Positions 1 through 11,042 of a stretch of DNA of 64,000 nucleotides are shown here, piece after piece. The stretch's first letter is position 1, and each line of letters opens with the position of its first letter. The stretch comes from Leptolyngbyaceae cyanobacterium (lineage in GTDB: Bacteria; Cyanobacteriota; Cyanobacteriia; Phormidesmidales; Phormidesmidaceae). The notes beneath the pieces are model-generated. The model saw only the letters and a list, made by a program, of their open reading frames with translations, searched no databases and was not told the DNA's origin. The stretch is from contig CBDHHL010000056.1 in the NCBI GenBank assembly GCA_965263355.1, positions 960,001-1,024,000 on the forward strand, in the 5' to 3' direction. Both the position numbers and the translations under genes were made by a program.

Positions 1-404
1 TACAGCAAGAGTTTGGCATGGCAATTATCTTTATCTCCCATGATCTGGCGGTAATTTCTCAAATTGCCGACGATGTCCTTGTAATGTATCTGGGCAAGGC
101 CATGGAAACGGGACCCGTGAGAACGATTATTCGAGACCCGAAACATCCCTATACCCAAGGGTTAATCCAGGCGATTCCTCGTCTGGAGCTATTGGATGCA
201 CCGTTGCTTCCCATTCCTGGGGATATCCCCAGTCCGCTAGAACGCCCTGAGGGCTGCGTCTTTTCCACCCGCTGTCAATTTGTAAACAGCCGCTGCCACA
301 CTGAGGTACCTCAAATGACCGTAACCGATGGGGTGCATCAAACGGCCTGCCATTTGTTAACAGGCCAAGGAACTAAAGAGAAAGTACTGGAGGAAACAGC
401 ATGA
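1..404 (+). CDS. Oligopeptide/dipeptide ABC transporter ATP-binding subunit (DppD/OppD-like), 3' part
   Basis: IFISHDL motif, HPYT and C-terminal Cys-rich 'GCVFSTRC' oligo_HPY domain; the gene runs off the window start. Confidence 0.85.
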   Translation, partial: QQEFGMAIIFISHDLAVISQIADDVLVMYLGKAMETGPVRTIIRDPKHPYTQGLIQAIPRLELLDAPLLPIPGDIPSPLERPEGCVFSTRCQFVNSRCHTEVPQMTVTDGVHQTACHLLTGQGTKEKVLEETA

Positions 405-1408
405 CCACACCGATTGTTTCCGTCCGTCATCTCAAGGTTCACTATCCCATTGGCAAAGGGGGACTGTTTGGTGGCAAAAAACAGATAGTGCGGGCTGTGG
501 ATGGAGTGAGTTTTGATATTCTGCCAGGTCAAACCTTTGGCTTGGTGGGAGAATCAGGCTCCGGTAAATCCACCATTGGACGAGCGATTCTAAAGGCGGC
601 ACCGATCACGGCAGGTGAGGTTCTATTTAATATTGACCATCAGTCTCTGGATATTGCCAAACTCAAAGGAGAACAGTTAAAACAACTGCGTCGCAATGCC
701 CAGATGATTTTTCAGGATCCCTATGCAGCCCTATCTCCCCGCATGACGGTGCGGGATATTATCGCTGAGCCCCTAGAGGCAATGCAGCTGACCAAAACCC
801 GCCAGGCCACTGATCAGCAGGTACGTCAGGTGGCAAAGCGCTGCAGTCTGAACCTGGAACATCTGCGGCGGTTTCCCCATGCATTTTCTGGGGGGCAGCG
901 ACAGCGGATTGCCATTGCCCGAGCGCTGGTGTCTGACCCTAAATTTTTGGTGGCTGATGAAGCGGTGGCAGCGTTGGATGTGTCAATCCAGGCGAACATT
1001 CTCAACCTGATGAAGGCGTTGCAGGATGATATGCAGCTGACCTTTTTGTTTATTAGCCACGATCTCTCGGTAGTGGCCCATGTATGTGATGTGGTGGCGG
1101 TATTGTATCTGGGTGAGATTGTTGAAATTGCACCGACGCGTCAATTGTTTGCAACACCAGCCCATCCTTACACCCAGGCGCTGCTGTCGGCGATTCCGCC
1201 GTTAGACCCGGATGCTGAGCGCGATCGCACCCGTCTTACTGGCGAAATCCCATCCCCCATCAATCCCCCCACAGGCTGCCGATTTCACACCCGCTGCCCC
1301 GTTGCAGAACCCCGTTGCAAAACGAGCCAACCCGAATGGAGTCAGCTATCGGATAGTCATGGTGCTGCCTGTCACTTGGTGGCTGATAAACTACCTGCAG
1401 CTGCATGA
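401..1408 (+). CDS. Oligopeptide/dipeptide ABC transporter ATP-binding subunit (DppF/OppF-like)
   Basis: Walker A GESGSGKS, FSGGQRQR signature, HPYT and GCRFHTRC tail. Confidence 0.92.
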   Translation: MTTPIVSVRHLKVHYPIGKGGLFGGKKQIVRAVDGVSFDILPGQTFGLVGESGSGKSTIGRAILKAAPITAGEVLFNIDHQSLDIAKLKGEQLKQLRRNAQMIFQDPYAALSPRMTVRDIIAEPLEAMQLTKTRQATDQQVRQVAKRCSLNLEHLRRFPHAFSGGQRQRIAIARALVSDPKFLVADEAVAALDVSIQANILNLMKALQDDMQLTFLFISHDLSVVAHVCDVVAVLYLGEIVEIAPTRQLFATPAHPYTQALLSAIPPLDPDAERDRTRLTGEIPSPINPPTGCRFHTRCPVAEPRCKTSQPEWSQLSDSHGAACHLVADKLPAAA

Positions 1409-1418
1409 GGAGATACCA

Positions 1419-2081
1419 ATGAATCAGTCAACGTGGACCGCAGTCGATAACTACTTTAATGATGTTTTGCTGACGGCAGACCCTGTTTTAGAGCAGGCGA
1501 TTCAGGCTAGCGAAGCAGCTGGTATGCCCCAGCATCAAGTCGCCCCTAACCAAGGACAACTGCTGCAGCTTTTAGTCCAGATGATGGGGGCTAAAAATAT
1601 TCTGGAAATTGGCACCTTAGCTGGCTACAGCACTATCTGGCTAGGGCGGGCTGTGGCACCGGACGGTCGTGTTATTACCCTAGAGGCCGATGCCGCCTAT
1701 GCAGAGGTAGCTAAGCAAAATATTGCCCTGGCAGAACTAACCCATGTGGTCGATGTGCGGGTGGGCAGAGCCATTGACACCCTGCCACAGCTGGTAGACC
1801 TGGCTCCCTTTGATTTTATCTTTATCGATGCAGATAAACCGAGCAATCCAGACTATCTGCGGTGGTCTTTAAAACTGTCTCGTCCGGGCACCATCATCGT
1901 TGGCGATAATGTAGTACGTAACGGTGCTGTGGTAGAGCCCGATAGCGCAGATCCTAAGGTTCAGGGCGTGCGTGCGTTTTTGCAGATGATGGCAGATGAG
2001 CCCAGGCTATCGACTACGGCCATTCAGACCGTTGGCAGTAAGGGATATGACGGATTTGCGATCGCACAAGTATTAACTTAA
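1419..2081 (+). CDS. SAM-dependent O-methyltransferase (Methyltransf_3 family)
   Basis: LEIGTLAGYS, FIDADK and GDNVV motifs; SD GAGGAG precedes ATG 1419. Confidence 0.9.
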   Translation: MNQSTWTAVDNYFNDVLLTADPVLEQAIQASEAAGMPQHQVAPNQGQLLQLLVQMMGAKNILEIGTLAGYSTIWLGRAVAPDGRVITLEADAAYAEVAKQNIALAELTHVVDVRVGRAIDTLPQLVDLAPFDFIFIDADKPSNPDYLRWSLKLSRPGTIIVGDNVVRNGAVVEPDSADPKVQGVRAFLQMMADEPRLSTTAIQTVGSKGYDGFAIAQVLT

Positions 2082-2732
2082 ACGTGTATGCGAATCTTTC
2101 AAATCACTCAATACGTATGTTTGCGTATCGCATACGCTGTCTCTAAGTATCATATGACAAGGCTAAAAAAGCCTATTTCAATATGTAGCTATAAATGAAC
2201 AAGATATTTTGATTAGCGATAAAGATTTATAAATCAACATTTCTTTTTGTTCGATAGCCTGGACGCCAAAAAACGCTTGGTGCTAAGTTTTGTAATACTG
2301 CGAGCAACTTGCAAAAAAGCGTGATCTTTTGGGTTTACACATTGTTTTTACTCTATAAATCTGTTCTTAAACACTGCAATTCATATATTTTGAATCATTT
2401 AGCATTTCCCTCAGGTCATCTTAAAAGATTGGTTATGGTCAGGCTCAATTGTCCAGTGGTACGTTGCTCGACAGAGTACTAGTAAGAAGCTAGTCAGAAA
2501 GCAGTTTCTCTTTTGCTGTCTGACCCTCACATCAATTCTTAAAACACATGTTATTTCTCCGACGTAGATTTCGTTCTATAGTCGGTGTTCTTGTTGCAAA
2601 CGCTATCTTTAACCAACATTATAATCACGTTGCCAAGGAGATTTTTTCCTGAAATTAGGCTGGGGAGAGCTACCTCCTCAACGTCCGATAAACAGTGATG
2701 TAATGAGTGGTGAGTCGTAAAAAGAGATCAGG

Positions 2733-5700
2733 ATGAACAGAAGACGGGTGCCAAAAACGATTACTCAGGGAGGTGCATTGCTCATAGTCAGTGCCTTCCT
2801 GTGCTCTATGCTCTTTCTATTTCCATTGCAGAACCTACCTGTTAGCTATGCCCAAACCAGTCCTGCGTTAGGATTTGTGGGCAATATGCTGCCGGCAGGG
2901 GGAACCATCTTTGAGGTTGATTCCTTTAGCATTAATATCGAAGCTTACAAAGCGGGGGTGACGGATCAAATTGGTCAGGGAAACGACATCCGCTGTAATG
3001 TTTATTGGAGTCCGGTGACTAGCTTTGGTAGCGATTGGTTAAATCCAGTCACCACTCCCATGAACTATGCAGGGGATGTGGCTAACAACGATGAGTATGG
3101 GGCAACCCTTTTCCCTGGCATCGGCACCTATGAATATACGACCAATTGCGAAGACCTGACAACAGACACAGTGGTCTGGCAACAGGATGGCAATGGGCAA
3201 CTGACCGTTAACAACGATCGCAATGCCCTATGGGTAGACCAGACAACGATTGCCTGGAACAGCTTTGGTTATGCCACCTATGAACTCCATGGGAGCCGAG
3301 ACGGACAGTTGAATATTCCCATGCAGGTAGGTGCTGGGATTCCTTTAAACTTTTCCCGTAAACTTCAACTAGGGGACTATCCCAAGACACCTAATCTGTC
3401 TAACTATGATGCCTGGACAATTCCAGCGGAGTTCATAGGGCAAATTCCTGATTTGTTAAAAGGTGAAGTTGCGATCGCAGCCTATGACCGCAGTGGTTTT
3501 TTGCGAGATGCCTCTCGACTGCAGCTCCAGGGTGTCTTGGACGACATGTACACCTACACAGGAGAACTGGGGGTTGTTTATGCCGAGAATCAACCCAGCT
3601 TGCATCTATGGGCACCCACTGCTCAGTCTGTGGTTTTGCAACGTTTCACCAGTCCTGATCCAACCGCTACACCGATCACGAATCCAATGACCTTAGATTC
3701 GACAACCGGGGTGTGGAGCATTACTGGGGACCCCGATTGGGACAAACAATACTATCGCTACGACATCCAGGTTTTTGTGCCAGATGCTCGCCAGATCGAA
3801 CGCAATCTTGTCACCGATCCCTACTCTCTCAATCTGTCCCAAAATAGCCAGCTAAGCCAAATTCTGGATATTTACAACGACCCTACCCTGAAACCAGCGG
3901 GATGGGACAGCTTACCAAAACCTTCTCTGGAAGCACCTGAGGACATTGCTGTTTATGAAGTCCATGTCCGGGACTTTAGCGCTAATGATACTAAGGTAGC
4001 CGCTCAGGAACAGGGAAAGTTTAAGGCTTTCACCTATGATGGCACTGGCGATAGGCCCTTATCTGATGGCATGAAGCATTTGCTTAACTTAGCCAATGCC
4101 GGCCTCACCCATGTGCATCTATTACCTGCCTTTGATATTGCCTCGGTCAATGAAGATCCCACCCAGCAACAATCGCCTGATCCAGCTGTCTTAGCGACAT
4201 TTGCGCCAGACTCTCCCAAGCAACAGGAAGCGGTCACAGCTACCCGTGGGTTGGATGCCTTTAACTGGGGGTATGACCCATTTCACTATGGAGCTGCCGA
4301 GGGAAGTTACGCGACTAACGCCAATGACACGTCACGGGTGCTTGAGTTTAGGGAAATGGTTCAGGCCCTAAACCGCCATAATCTAGGGGTGGTCATGGAC
4401 GTAGTCTATAACCATACCGCCGCCAGCGGTCAATTTAGTGACTCTGTTTTGGACCGCGTTGTCCCCGGTTATTATTACCGCTATGACAACAATGGGTTTC
4501 TGCAAACCTCCAGCTGTTGTTCAGATACGGCCACTGAGTTCAACATGATGGAAAAGCTCATGGTTGACACGGTGTTGATTTGGGCTAAGGCGTATAAAGT
4601 AGATGGTTTTCGATTTGACTTGATGAATCTCCATACGGTCAAAAATATGCAGGTGCTGAGGGATGCGGTGCAGTCCCTGACCCTAGAAAATGATGGTGTA
4701 GATGGTCAACGTATTTATCTCTATGGTGAAGGGTGGGATTTTGGGTCAGCTCAAGGTAAATTTGCCTCTGTCCAAAGTCAACTACCCAGAAATCCCAACT
4801 TTTTGCATGCTAATCAATTCAATGTAGGAGGAACCGGCATCGGTACCTTTAATGACAAAATCCGTGACGCAGTCCATGGTGGTTTTGGTGATAAAACCAG
4901 ACAGGGATTCTCTAACGGGCAAGCCTATGACTGGAACGGCTATAGGTATTCCAACCGAGGACGGGGAGATTTACGATTTTCCATGGATCGAGTCCGGGTG
5001 GGTCTGGCAGGTAACCTCAGAAATTATCGCTTTACAGACCAGGCAGGTCGCTCAATCACAGGGGAACAGCTGGCCTTTACCGGCTATGCCTTAGATCCCG
5101 AAGAGGTGGTTAACTATGCGACAAAACATGACAATGAGACCCTGTACGACCTGAATGTGTTCAAATTGCCCTTAGGTCAAGGGGGGACACCGATTACTCC
5201 CATGGCTGATCGAGTACGGGTACAAAATATGAACCTAAGCGTGATTGGTTTGTCCCAGGGGATTCCGTTCTTCCACATGGGTAGTGATATGTTGCGTTCA
5301 AAGTCGTTGGACCGCAACAGTTATGATTCTGGGGATTGGTTTAATCGCGTAGATTTTACTTACAATACCAATCATTTTGGCTCAGGTTTACCTCCTAGCT
5401 TCGAGAATGCACGCCTTTGGGGATTTATGGGTCCTTTTTTGAGAAATCAAAGTTTGGTACCGACCTCCACAAACATTGACAATTCTGTTAATCATCTGCA
5501 AGAGATTTTGGCAATTCGCAAAAGCTCCAAGCTGTTTCGTTTGGAAACGGCAGACGCGATCCAGGACCGGGTTAAGTTTCTGAATACAGGACCTGGACAA
5601 CAGGATGCTTTAATTGTCATGTCTCTTCAGGACGGAGATGGTGAGGAGGATTTGGATCCTACCTACGATCAAGTGGTGGTTTTGTTTAATGCGAATAAGT

Positions 5701-5873
5701 TTGGGCAAACCTTTACGGTGCCATCCCTAGCAGGGGCAATGTTGGAACTACATCCTGTGCAGGTGCGATCGCAAGACCCGATTGTCCAAACCGCCAACTT
5801 CGATAGCACCACTGGAACCTTTTCCATTCCAGCGCGAACCACCGCTGTGTTTGTGCTACCTCAAACCCCTTAA
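2733..5873 (+). CDS. Pullulanase-type alpha-1,6-glucosidase (GH13) with N-terminal signal-like segment
   Basis: NWGYDP, DVVYNH, DGFRFDLM, YGEGWD and HDN motifs; hydrophobic N-terminus ending in SYA-Q. Confidence 0.92.
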   Translation: MNRRRVPKTITQGGALLIVSAFLCSMLFLFPLQNLPVSYAQTSPALGFVGNMLPAGGTIFEVDSFSINIEAYKAGVTDQIGQGNDIRCNVYWSPVTSFGSDWLNPVTTPMNYAGDVANNDEYGATLFPGIGTYEYTTNCEDLTTDTVVWQQDGNGQLTVNNDRNALWVDQTTIAWNSFGYATYELHGSRDGQLNIPMQVGAGIPLNFSRKLQLGDYPKTPNLSNYDAWTIPAEFIGQIPDLLKGEVAIAAYDRSGFLRDASRLQLQGVLDDMYTYTGELGVVYAENQPSLHLWAPTAQSVVLQRFTSPDPTATPITNPMTLDSTTGVWSITGDPDWDKQYYRYDIQVFVPDARQIERNLVTDPYSLNLSQNSQLSQILDIYNDPTLKPAGWDSLPKPSLEAPEDIAVYEVHVRDFSANDTKVAAQEQGKFKAFTYDGTGDRPLSDGMKHLLNLANAGLTHVHLLPAFDIASVNEDPTQQQSPDPAVLATFAPDSPKQQEAVTATRGLDAFNWGYDPFHYGAAEGSYATNANDTSRVLEFREMVQALNRHNLGVVMDVVYNHTAASGQFSDSVLDRVVPGYYYRYDNNGFLQTSSCCSDTATEFNMMEKLMVDTVLIWAKAYKVDGFRFDLMNLHTVKNMQVLRDAVQSLTLENDGVDGQRIYLYGEGWDFGSAQGKFASVQSQLPRNPNFLHANQFNVGGTGIGTFNDKIRDAVHGGFGDKTRQGFSNGQAYDWNGYRYSNRGRGDLRFSMDRVRVGLAGNLRNYRFTDQAGRSITGEQLAFTGYALDPEEVVNYATKHDNETLYDLNVFKLPLGQGGTPITPMADRVRVQNMNLSVIGLSQGIPFFHMGSDMLRSKSLDRNSYDSGDWFNRVDFTYNTNHFGSGLPPSFENARLWGFMGPFLRNQSLVPTSTNIDNSVNHLQEILAIRKSSKLFRLETADAIQDRVKFLNTGPGQQDALIVMSLQDGDGEEDLDPTYDQVVVLFNANKFGQTFTVPSLAGAMLELHPVQVRSQDPIVQTANFDSTTGTFSIPARTTAVFVLPQTP

Positions 5874-5939
5874 AACCAGTTAAGGGCATGGGTTTATCTA
5901 TTAAAAGATATCCATGCCCTACCGACAACTCTTTAAACT

Positions 5940-6287
5940 TTAACTGCTAACTGCCCTGGGATCAGGCCCAAACTTATTGGCACCAGCTGTACCTTCCGTG
6001 ACCGCAAAGATTAAATTTACAATTGGACAAAATATCCACCAACCACTACGTTCAATGTCATGCATGCGACGAAACCCCACCGCAAGCGATGGAACGATCA
6101 TCGCTAAGCTGTAAATTGAGCCAAGAATACTTTGATCCGTATTCATGATTCCGCTCAAAATCCCTGATATAAAGCCGATTCCTATGGAAATTAGAATATT
6201 GAACAAAACAAACATCCAGTATTCTTTTCGGTGTGCACGTCCGTCAAACACCGCATAGTTCTTTAAAACCTTGATATACCATTCCAT
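5940..6287 (-). CDS. DUF805 inner membrane protein (YhaH-like)
   Basis: MEWY..KNYAVFDGRA.RKEYW, RRMHD and N.FGPDP motifs. Confidence 0.9.
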   Translation of the reverse strand: MEWYIKVLKNYAVFDGRAHRKEYWMFVLFNILISIGIGFISGILSGIMNTDQSILGSIYSLAMIVPSLAVGFRRMHDIERSGWWIFCPIVNLIFAVTEGTAGANKFGPDPRAVSS

Positions 6288-6470
6288 TGCACATTTCTCT
6301 CTACGCGTTTGCAGCTAGCTTGCCCAGCCCCTTAATTAGGCCTTATATCGCCCTAGGGGTTGGTCAGCAATTGATTTCTAATATAATCCTTAATTTATAT
6401 CTAACGAATACTATTCAGAATTTATTTGATATCTAGTCAACGTTTATGGATATTACAGGCAAACAACCAT

Positions 6471-8084
6471 TTAAGAACTAGCAAGTCTGCTCCCCAAATT
6501 CTCAAACCCGCTTTTAAGAACCAACTTTGTATCCATTGAGCCCACTTCAATATCTTCTTTTAGCAACTCCACCAAACAACGCTGTCTAAGCAATCGCTGA
6601 ATCTTGAGATGTTTACCCGGCTTTACCTTGGTGCGGGTATAAATCATACAAATCTCTTCTGCAAAGGTCTCTACCCCCATAATACAAGTTGGCTCCAGAA
6701 TATCGTCCTCCGCCTCACACAGCTCCACCCCTACCCGCTCAATAATCTCAAACGCCTTTTCTGGGTCCACCTCATAGGTAATCGACACTTCCACCGCTGC
6801 ATCGATTGGCTGTTTGGAATAGTTCACAATCGAGCCAATATCACCATTGCGAAGGATCTGCACCTGGCCATCTGGGTGCAAAATTCGAGTAGTGCGCAGC
6901 TCAATGGACTGGACAACGCCCTGGGCTTCCGCCGTCTCAATAAAATCACCGACCAGATAATAATCTTCAAACAAGATGAAAAACCCACTCACCAAATCCG
7001 TCACCAGGTTCTGAGCCCCTAAGCCAACGGTAATACCAACAATTCCAGCCCCCGCTAAGATCGGCCCTGGATCAATGTTGAGTACTTTCAAAACAAATAA
7101 AGCCGTGCCAAAATAAATCATGTACCTGAGTAAGCTCACTACCAGGGGGGTAACTGTGACCCGCCGCTGATAAACCTCAGCCGATGTATCCTCAGTGGCC
7201 AGCAATACTTCCGAGACAACCAGTTGCATAATATTGGCAGCAAATCGCCCTACAAAAACCAGGACAATGACTTTCACAGCCATGGCACCATAGCCTGCCA
7301 AATCGGCAATCAAGGCAATTTGGCTAACCACTAGCATTGCCACATACAGCCAGACCACATATTCTAAACAGCGTTTTAGAAACGGAATCAGATGCTGTAG
7401 CCGCTCATAAAACCGCAATAAATTATTTGGGCTCGAATACTTTTTACTGAGGGCATCTAAACTGTCAACTACAACACTGACCGATCTAAAAACGATCACC
7501 CCAATCGAAACAATCAAATAAATACGCCAAGTGGCATATAAATAGGGAGAAACCTGGTCTGGCAAATGCAAAAAACGAGCACACCAAATCAAAGCCAAAA
7601 GCCACATACCCACCGCCAGAACAGCACTCAAAGCATTGAACAGATGCTCGACACTGTCATCATTGGCCGTAATTTGTTCTACCTGCTTAACATAGCGACT
7701 TCCCTTAGCTAACCCGCGTCTAAGGGGACGTTGTAAAGTACCCACCAACACCAGCAAACAAATGCTTTTAGCAATACCCGCCGCAATCCTTAGCCATATA
7801 TCCTGTGGTGTATTTTGAATCAACGACCAGGTGTAGGTATCTGGTCGTTCTCCCTGCAGCAGTATCCATCCGTTAAATCCTGCTACTAATAGAATGAGCA
7901 AGGCACCAGCAATCAGGACAATGCCAAATACGTTCTGTCGCAGCGTTTGCAAACCGGCATCATCTAACTGTAGTGGAGATGATTGAAAAATCCATTGAGT
8001 CCCCCAGTTAAACGAAGCATATAAGAAATAGCAAAGGATAATAATTAAAGTTAGCTCGATGGAAAAGAGCACTAACGCAGCCAT
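6471..8084 (-). CDS. MscS-family mechanosensitive channel
   Basis: Multiple TM helices, then GAGIVGITVGLGAQNLV.D..SGFFIL and VGDFI. Confidence 0.9.
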   Translation of the reverse strand: MAALVLFSIELTLIIILCYFLYASFNWGTQWIFQSSPLQLDDAGLQTLRQNVFGIVLIAGALLILLVAGFNGWILLQGERPDTYTWSLIQNTPQDIWLRIAAGIAKSICLLVLVGTLQRPLRRGLAKGSRYVKQVEQITANDDSVEHLFNALSAVLAVGMWLLALIWCARFLHLPDQVSPYLYATWRIYLIVSIGVIVFRSVSVVVDSLDALSKKYSSPNNLLRFYERLQHLIPFLKRCLEYVVWLYVAMLVVSQIALIADLAGYGAMAVKVIVLVFVGRFAANIMQLVVSEVLLATEDTSAEVYQRRVTVTPLVVSLLRYMIYFGTALFVLKVLNIDPGPILAGAGIVGITVGLGAQNLVTDLVSGFFILFEDYYLVGDFIETAEAQGVVQSIELRTTRILHPDGQVQILRNGDIGSIVNYSKQPIDAAVEVSITYEVDPEKAFEIIERVGVELCEAEDDILEPTCIMGVETFAEEICMIYTRTKVKPGKHLKIQRLLRQRCLVELLKEDIEVGSMDTKLVLKSGFENLGSRLASS

Positions 8085-8714
8085 AATCTAATAGCCCTTA
8101 AATCTGCAGGTGAGTGGACAGATACAGCGTGCGTCCCCATGCCTGAACATTAGGAACATACGATATACGCACCATACAGAACTTGCCCATCCAATGGCAA
8201 TTCCAAGTGGATAAAACCACGAGAGAGGACCTTAAATGTGGAGTCGACTCTCTTGCAAAATATATATTGTTGGCCCGTTCACTTGTTGACCTGTTGAGGC
8301 AACAAAATCACCTAACCAACAACATGACTAGTACCATCAGAAGTCTTATGCCAAGACCAAAATTTAAGATAAGGCAATGAGTAGTGTGTGATGAATTAAA
8401 GAGAGACCATCTCACTACTTAACTACACAACCAGACTGTATTTATCGCAACCGGGAACCGCTATAGAGTGGAGTAGCCCAGATAGGCTTGAACAAATGTG
8501 CTTAGCTCATACCCATGGGAGCTGGTTAGAATACTAATCTATCAACCAACGTATGGATTATTACTCACAGCAATCTGAACCTTAACCCGCTATAAGGGAA
8601 GATGGTACCCCATACCTCCATGCTCTTAAAGTTTCTCTATATGAATTTCCCATGATGGCTTTCAAGTTCACGGCTAAAAACCAGTTGCATCGTGTCCTCA
8701 AACGAGCAATAATT

Positions 8715-8724
8715 TGTCTAGACA
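8715..8724. promoter_or_regulatory. Palindrome TGTCTAGACA, candidate PhnF (GntR/HutC) operator
   Basis: Perfect palindrome upstream of phnG; near-identical copy upstream of phnM; fits the HutC-subfamily GTMTAKAC pattern. Confidence 0.6.
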
Positions 8725-8763
8725 TCTACATGAATTAACGATTGATTAATTTTTGGTTAAGTC

Positions 8764-9216
8764 ATGATAAAAACAGTGCAGCAGTCAACCAGAGCCATTT
8801 GGATGTCCGTCTTGGCAAAGGCTCCTTTGCCGCTTCTAGAGCAGTGCATCGCCATGATTAAAGACGTACCTGAGTACAGCTTTTTGCGATCGCCAGAAAT
8901 TGGCTTGACCATGGTGCGAGGTCGGGCTGAGGGGACTGGACAACCCTTTAACCTCGGTGAAATGACATTGACTCGATGTGTCGTACAGCTCGATGACATC
9001 ACTGGATTTGGCTATGTCGCTGGGCGCTCAAAACGCCATGCCGAACTAGCTGCCCTATGTGATGGACTCCTGCAGCACCCTGACTGGCACGACCGGGTCC
9101 AGTCCCAGGTAATTGCCCCTTTGCAAACAGCCGCTCAGACAAAACGGGCGACTGACGCTGCGGAAGTAGAATCCACTCGCGTCAATTTCTTCACAATGCT
9201 GCGGGGGGAGAGTTAA
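8764..9216 (+). CDS. phnG: C-P lyase subunit PhnG
   Basis: WMSVLAKA, PFNLGEMTLTRC and TRVNFFTMLRG. Confidence 0.95.
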   Translation: MIKTVQQSTRAIWMSVLAKAPLPLLEQCIAMIKDVPEYSFLRSPEIGLTMVRGRAEGTGQPFNLGEMTLTRCVVQLDDITGFGYVAGRSKRHAELAALCDGLLQHPDWHDRVQSQVIAPLQTAAQTKRATDAAEVESTRVNFFTMLRGES

Positions 9217-9218
9217 CC

Positions 9219-9824
9219 ATGGTTACCCAACTACCAGGATTTGCCGACCCAGTTCACAACGCCCAGAACACCTTTCGTGCCCTTTTAGATGCCCTGGCTA
9301 GACCTGGTATTGCCCAAACAACCCTCTCCCTCAGGTCGCCCAATGGGTTGGAGCCTAGCTGTGCAGCTGCTTGCCTGACGCTATTAGATTTGGAAACTGT
9401 GGTGTGGCTGCAGCCGGGACTTCCAGATGATGTGCGCCCATGGTTAGTGTTTCACACGGGTTGTCGGTTTACTGACAGTCCTCAAGCGGCCAACTTTGCT
9501 GTAATTTGGAATATTGCCACTGCGCCAGAGCTAACTGAATTCTCTTGGGGGACTGCCGAATATCCAGAAGCATCCACATCATTATTAATTCAGTTGTCTG
9601 AGTTATCGGCGGGAGAGGTGATGACGTTGCAAGGACCTGGCATCTTAAACAAGATAGAGATAGAGCTTCCCCTTGGCTTAAGATTTTGGCAACAGTGGCA
9701 AGCTATGACCACAGACTATCCCCTTGGTCTGGACTGTTGGTGTTTTGCCAACGACAAAATGCTAGGCTTACCCCGAACAGCCAAATTGGCAACAGCATCG
9801 ACAGAGGTCCATGGCACTAGCTAA
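9219..9824 (+). CDS. phnH: C-P lyase subunit PhnH
   Basis: GFADPVHNAQNTFRALLDALARPG, GTAEYPE and GLPRT. Confidence 0.95.
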   Translation: MVTQLPGFADPVHNAQNTFRALLDALARPGIAQTTLSLRSPNGLEPSCAAACLTLLDLETVVWLQPGLPDDVRPWLVFHTGCRFTDSPQAANFAVIWNIATAPELTEFSWGTAEYPEASTSLLIQLSELSAGEVMTLQGPGILNKIEIELPLGLRFWQQWQAMTTDYPLGLDCWCFANDKMLGLPRTAKLATASTEVHGTS

Positions 9825-9878
9825 CTGAACACAGATACAGCTATCGAGTTGAGTTAACAAACCCATCAGGAGAGAATT

Positions 9879-11042
9879 ATGCCCTACGTTGCGGTCAAAG
9901 GTGGAGAACAGGCCATTCGCAATGCCGAAGCCTTACTTATGGCAAAACGGCGGGGTGATCAGGCTGTGCCGGAGCTTTCCCTGGAGCAGATCAAGCAACA
10001 GATGCAACTAGCGGTAAACCGCGTCATGGCCGAAGGTAGTTTATACGATCCAGATCTGGCAGCATTGGCAATAAAACAGGCCTGGGGTGACCTGGTGGAG
10101 GCAGCGTTTTTGCTGCGGGCTTATCGGACAACGTTGCCTCGACTTTATTACAGTCAGCCGCTAGATACTAGCATTATGGTTATCCAGCGGCGGATTTCTG
10201 CCATCTTTAAGGAGGCTCCGGGGGGACAGAAACTGGGACCCACCTTTGACTATATTCATCGGTTATTGGACTTTAAACTGGCAGCTGAGGATAATACGTT
10301 TCCGGCACCTACGAGTGAGAAGGTGGAGGTGAAAGAAACAACACCTCGGGTTGCCCATACGTTGGCCCAGGAGGGGTTGGTTATGCCACCAACTAGTGAG
10401 GCGATGGGTGATGGGGCAGAGCCGTTTGACATTACGCGGCAATCATTGACCACGCCAGCAACTCGGGATGCTCGTTTGCAAAATTTAGCCCGTGGTGATG
10501 AGGGTTTTTTGTTGTCTATGGCCTACTCCACCCAGCGGGGGTATGGTAAAAATCATCCCTTTGCTGGCGAGGTGCGTATGGGCGAGGTGGAGGTGATGAT
10601 TTGTCCTGAAGAACTTGGGTTTGAAATTGCCATTGCTGACATTACGGTGACCGAAGTGCAAATGGTTAACCAGTTTAAGGGCAGTAAAGAGATTCCCCCT
10701 CAGTTTACCCAAGGGTACGGTCTCACCTTTGGCTATAACGAACGCAAGGCGATGGCCATGGCTTTGGTGGATCGAGCACTTCAGGCAAAGGATTTGGGAG
10801 AGTCTCTAGATGGGCCAGCCCAGGACGAAGAATTTGTTCTTTATCATTCAGATAATACCGAGGCCCAGGGGTTTGTACAGCATCTTAAGTTACCCCATTA
10901 TATTGACTTCCAGGCTGAGTTGAATCTAATTCGTAAGCTGCGTAGTGATTACGAACAGACAAAATACTTAGGAAACTCGCCATTAGCTAACGTTGAGCAT
11001 GTTCCCTCTGACTCTAGTTCTAAGGAGGTCACAACAGCATGA
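9879..11042 (+). CDS. phnI: C-P lyase subunit PhnI
   Basis: YVAVKGGE and GFVQHLKLPHYIDFQAEL. Confidence 0.96.
   Translation: MPYVAVKGGEQAIRNAEALLMAKRRGDQAVPELSLEQIKQQMQLAVNRVMAEGSLYDPDLAALAIKQAWGDLVEAAFLLRAYRTTLPRLYYSQPLDTSIMVIQRRISAIFKEAPGGQKLGPTFDYIHRLLDFKLAAEDNTFPAPTSEKVEVKETTPRVAHTLAQEGLVMPPTSEAMGDGAEPFDITRQSLTTPATRDARLQNLARGDEGFLLSMAYSTQRGYGKNHPFAGEVRMGEVEVMICPEELGFEIAIADITVTEVQMVNQFKGSKEIPPQFTQGYGLTFGYNERKAMAMALVDRALQAKDLGESLDGPAQDEEFVLYHSDNTEAQGFVQHLKLPHYIDFQAELNLIRKLRSDYEQTKYLGNSPLANVEHVPSDSSSKEVTTA

Noticed and set aside
1212..1418. Long N-terminal extension of the methyltransferase ORF (and the similar phnJ extension at 11306-11419)
   Set aside because: They overlap the upstream gene or repeats; recognisable homology starts at the downstream ATGs
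2082..2732. Long intergenic regions (also 8085-8763) as riboswitch or ncRNA candidates
   Set aside because: No recognisable riboswitch motif; an Rfam scan would be needed
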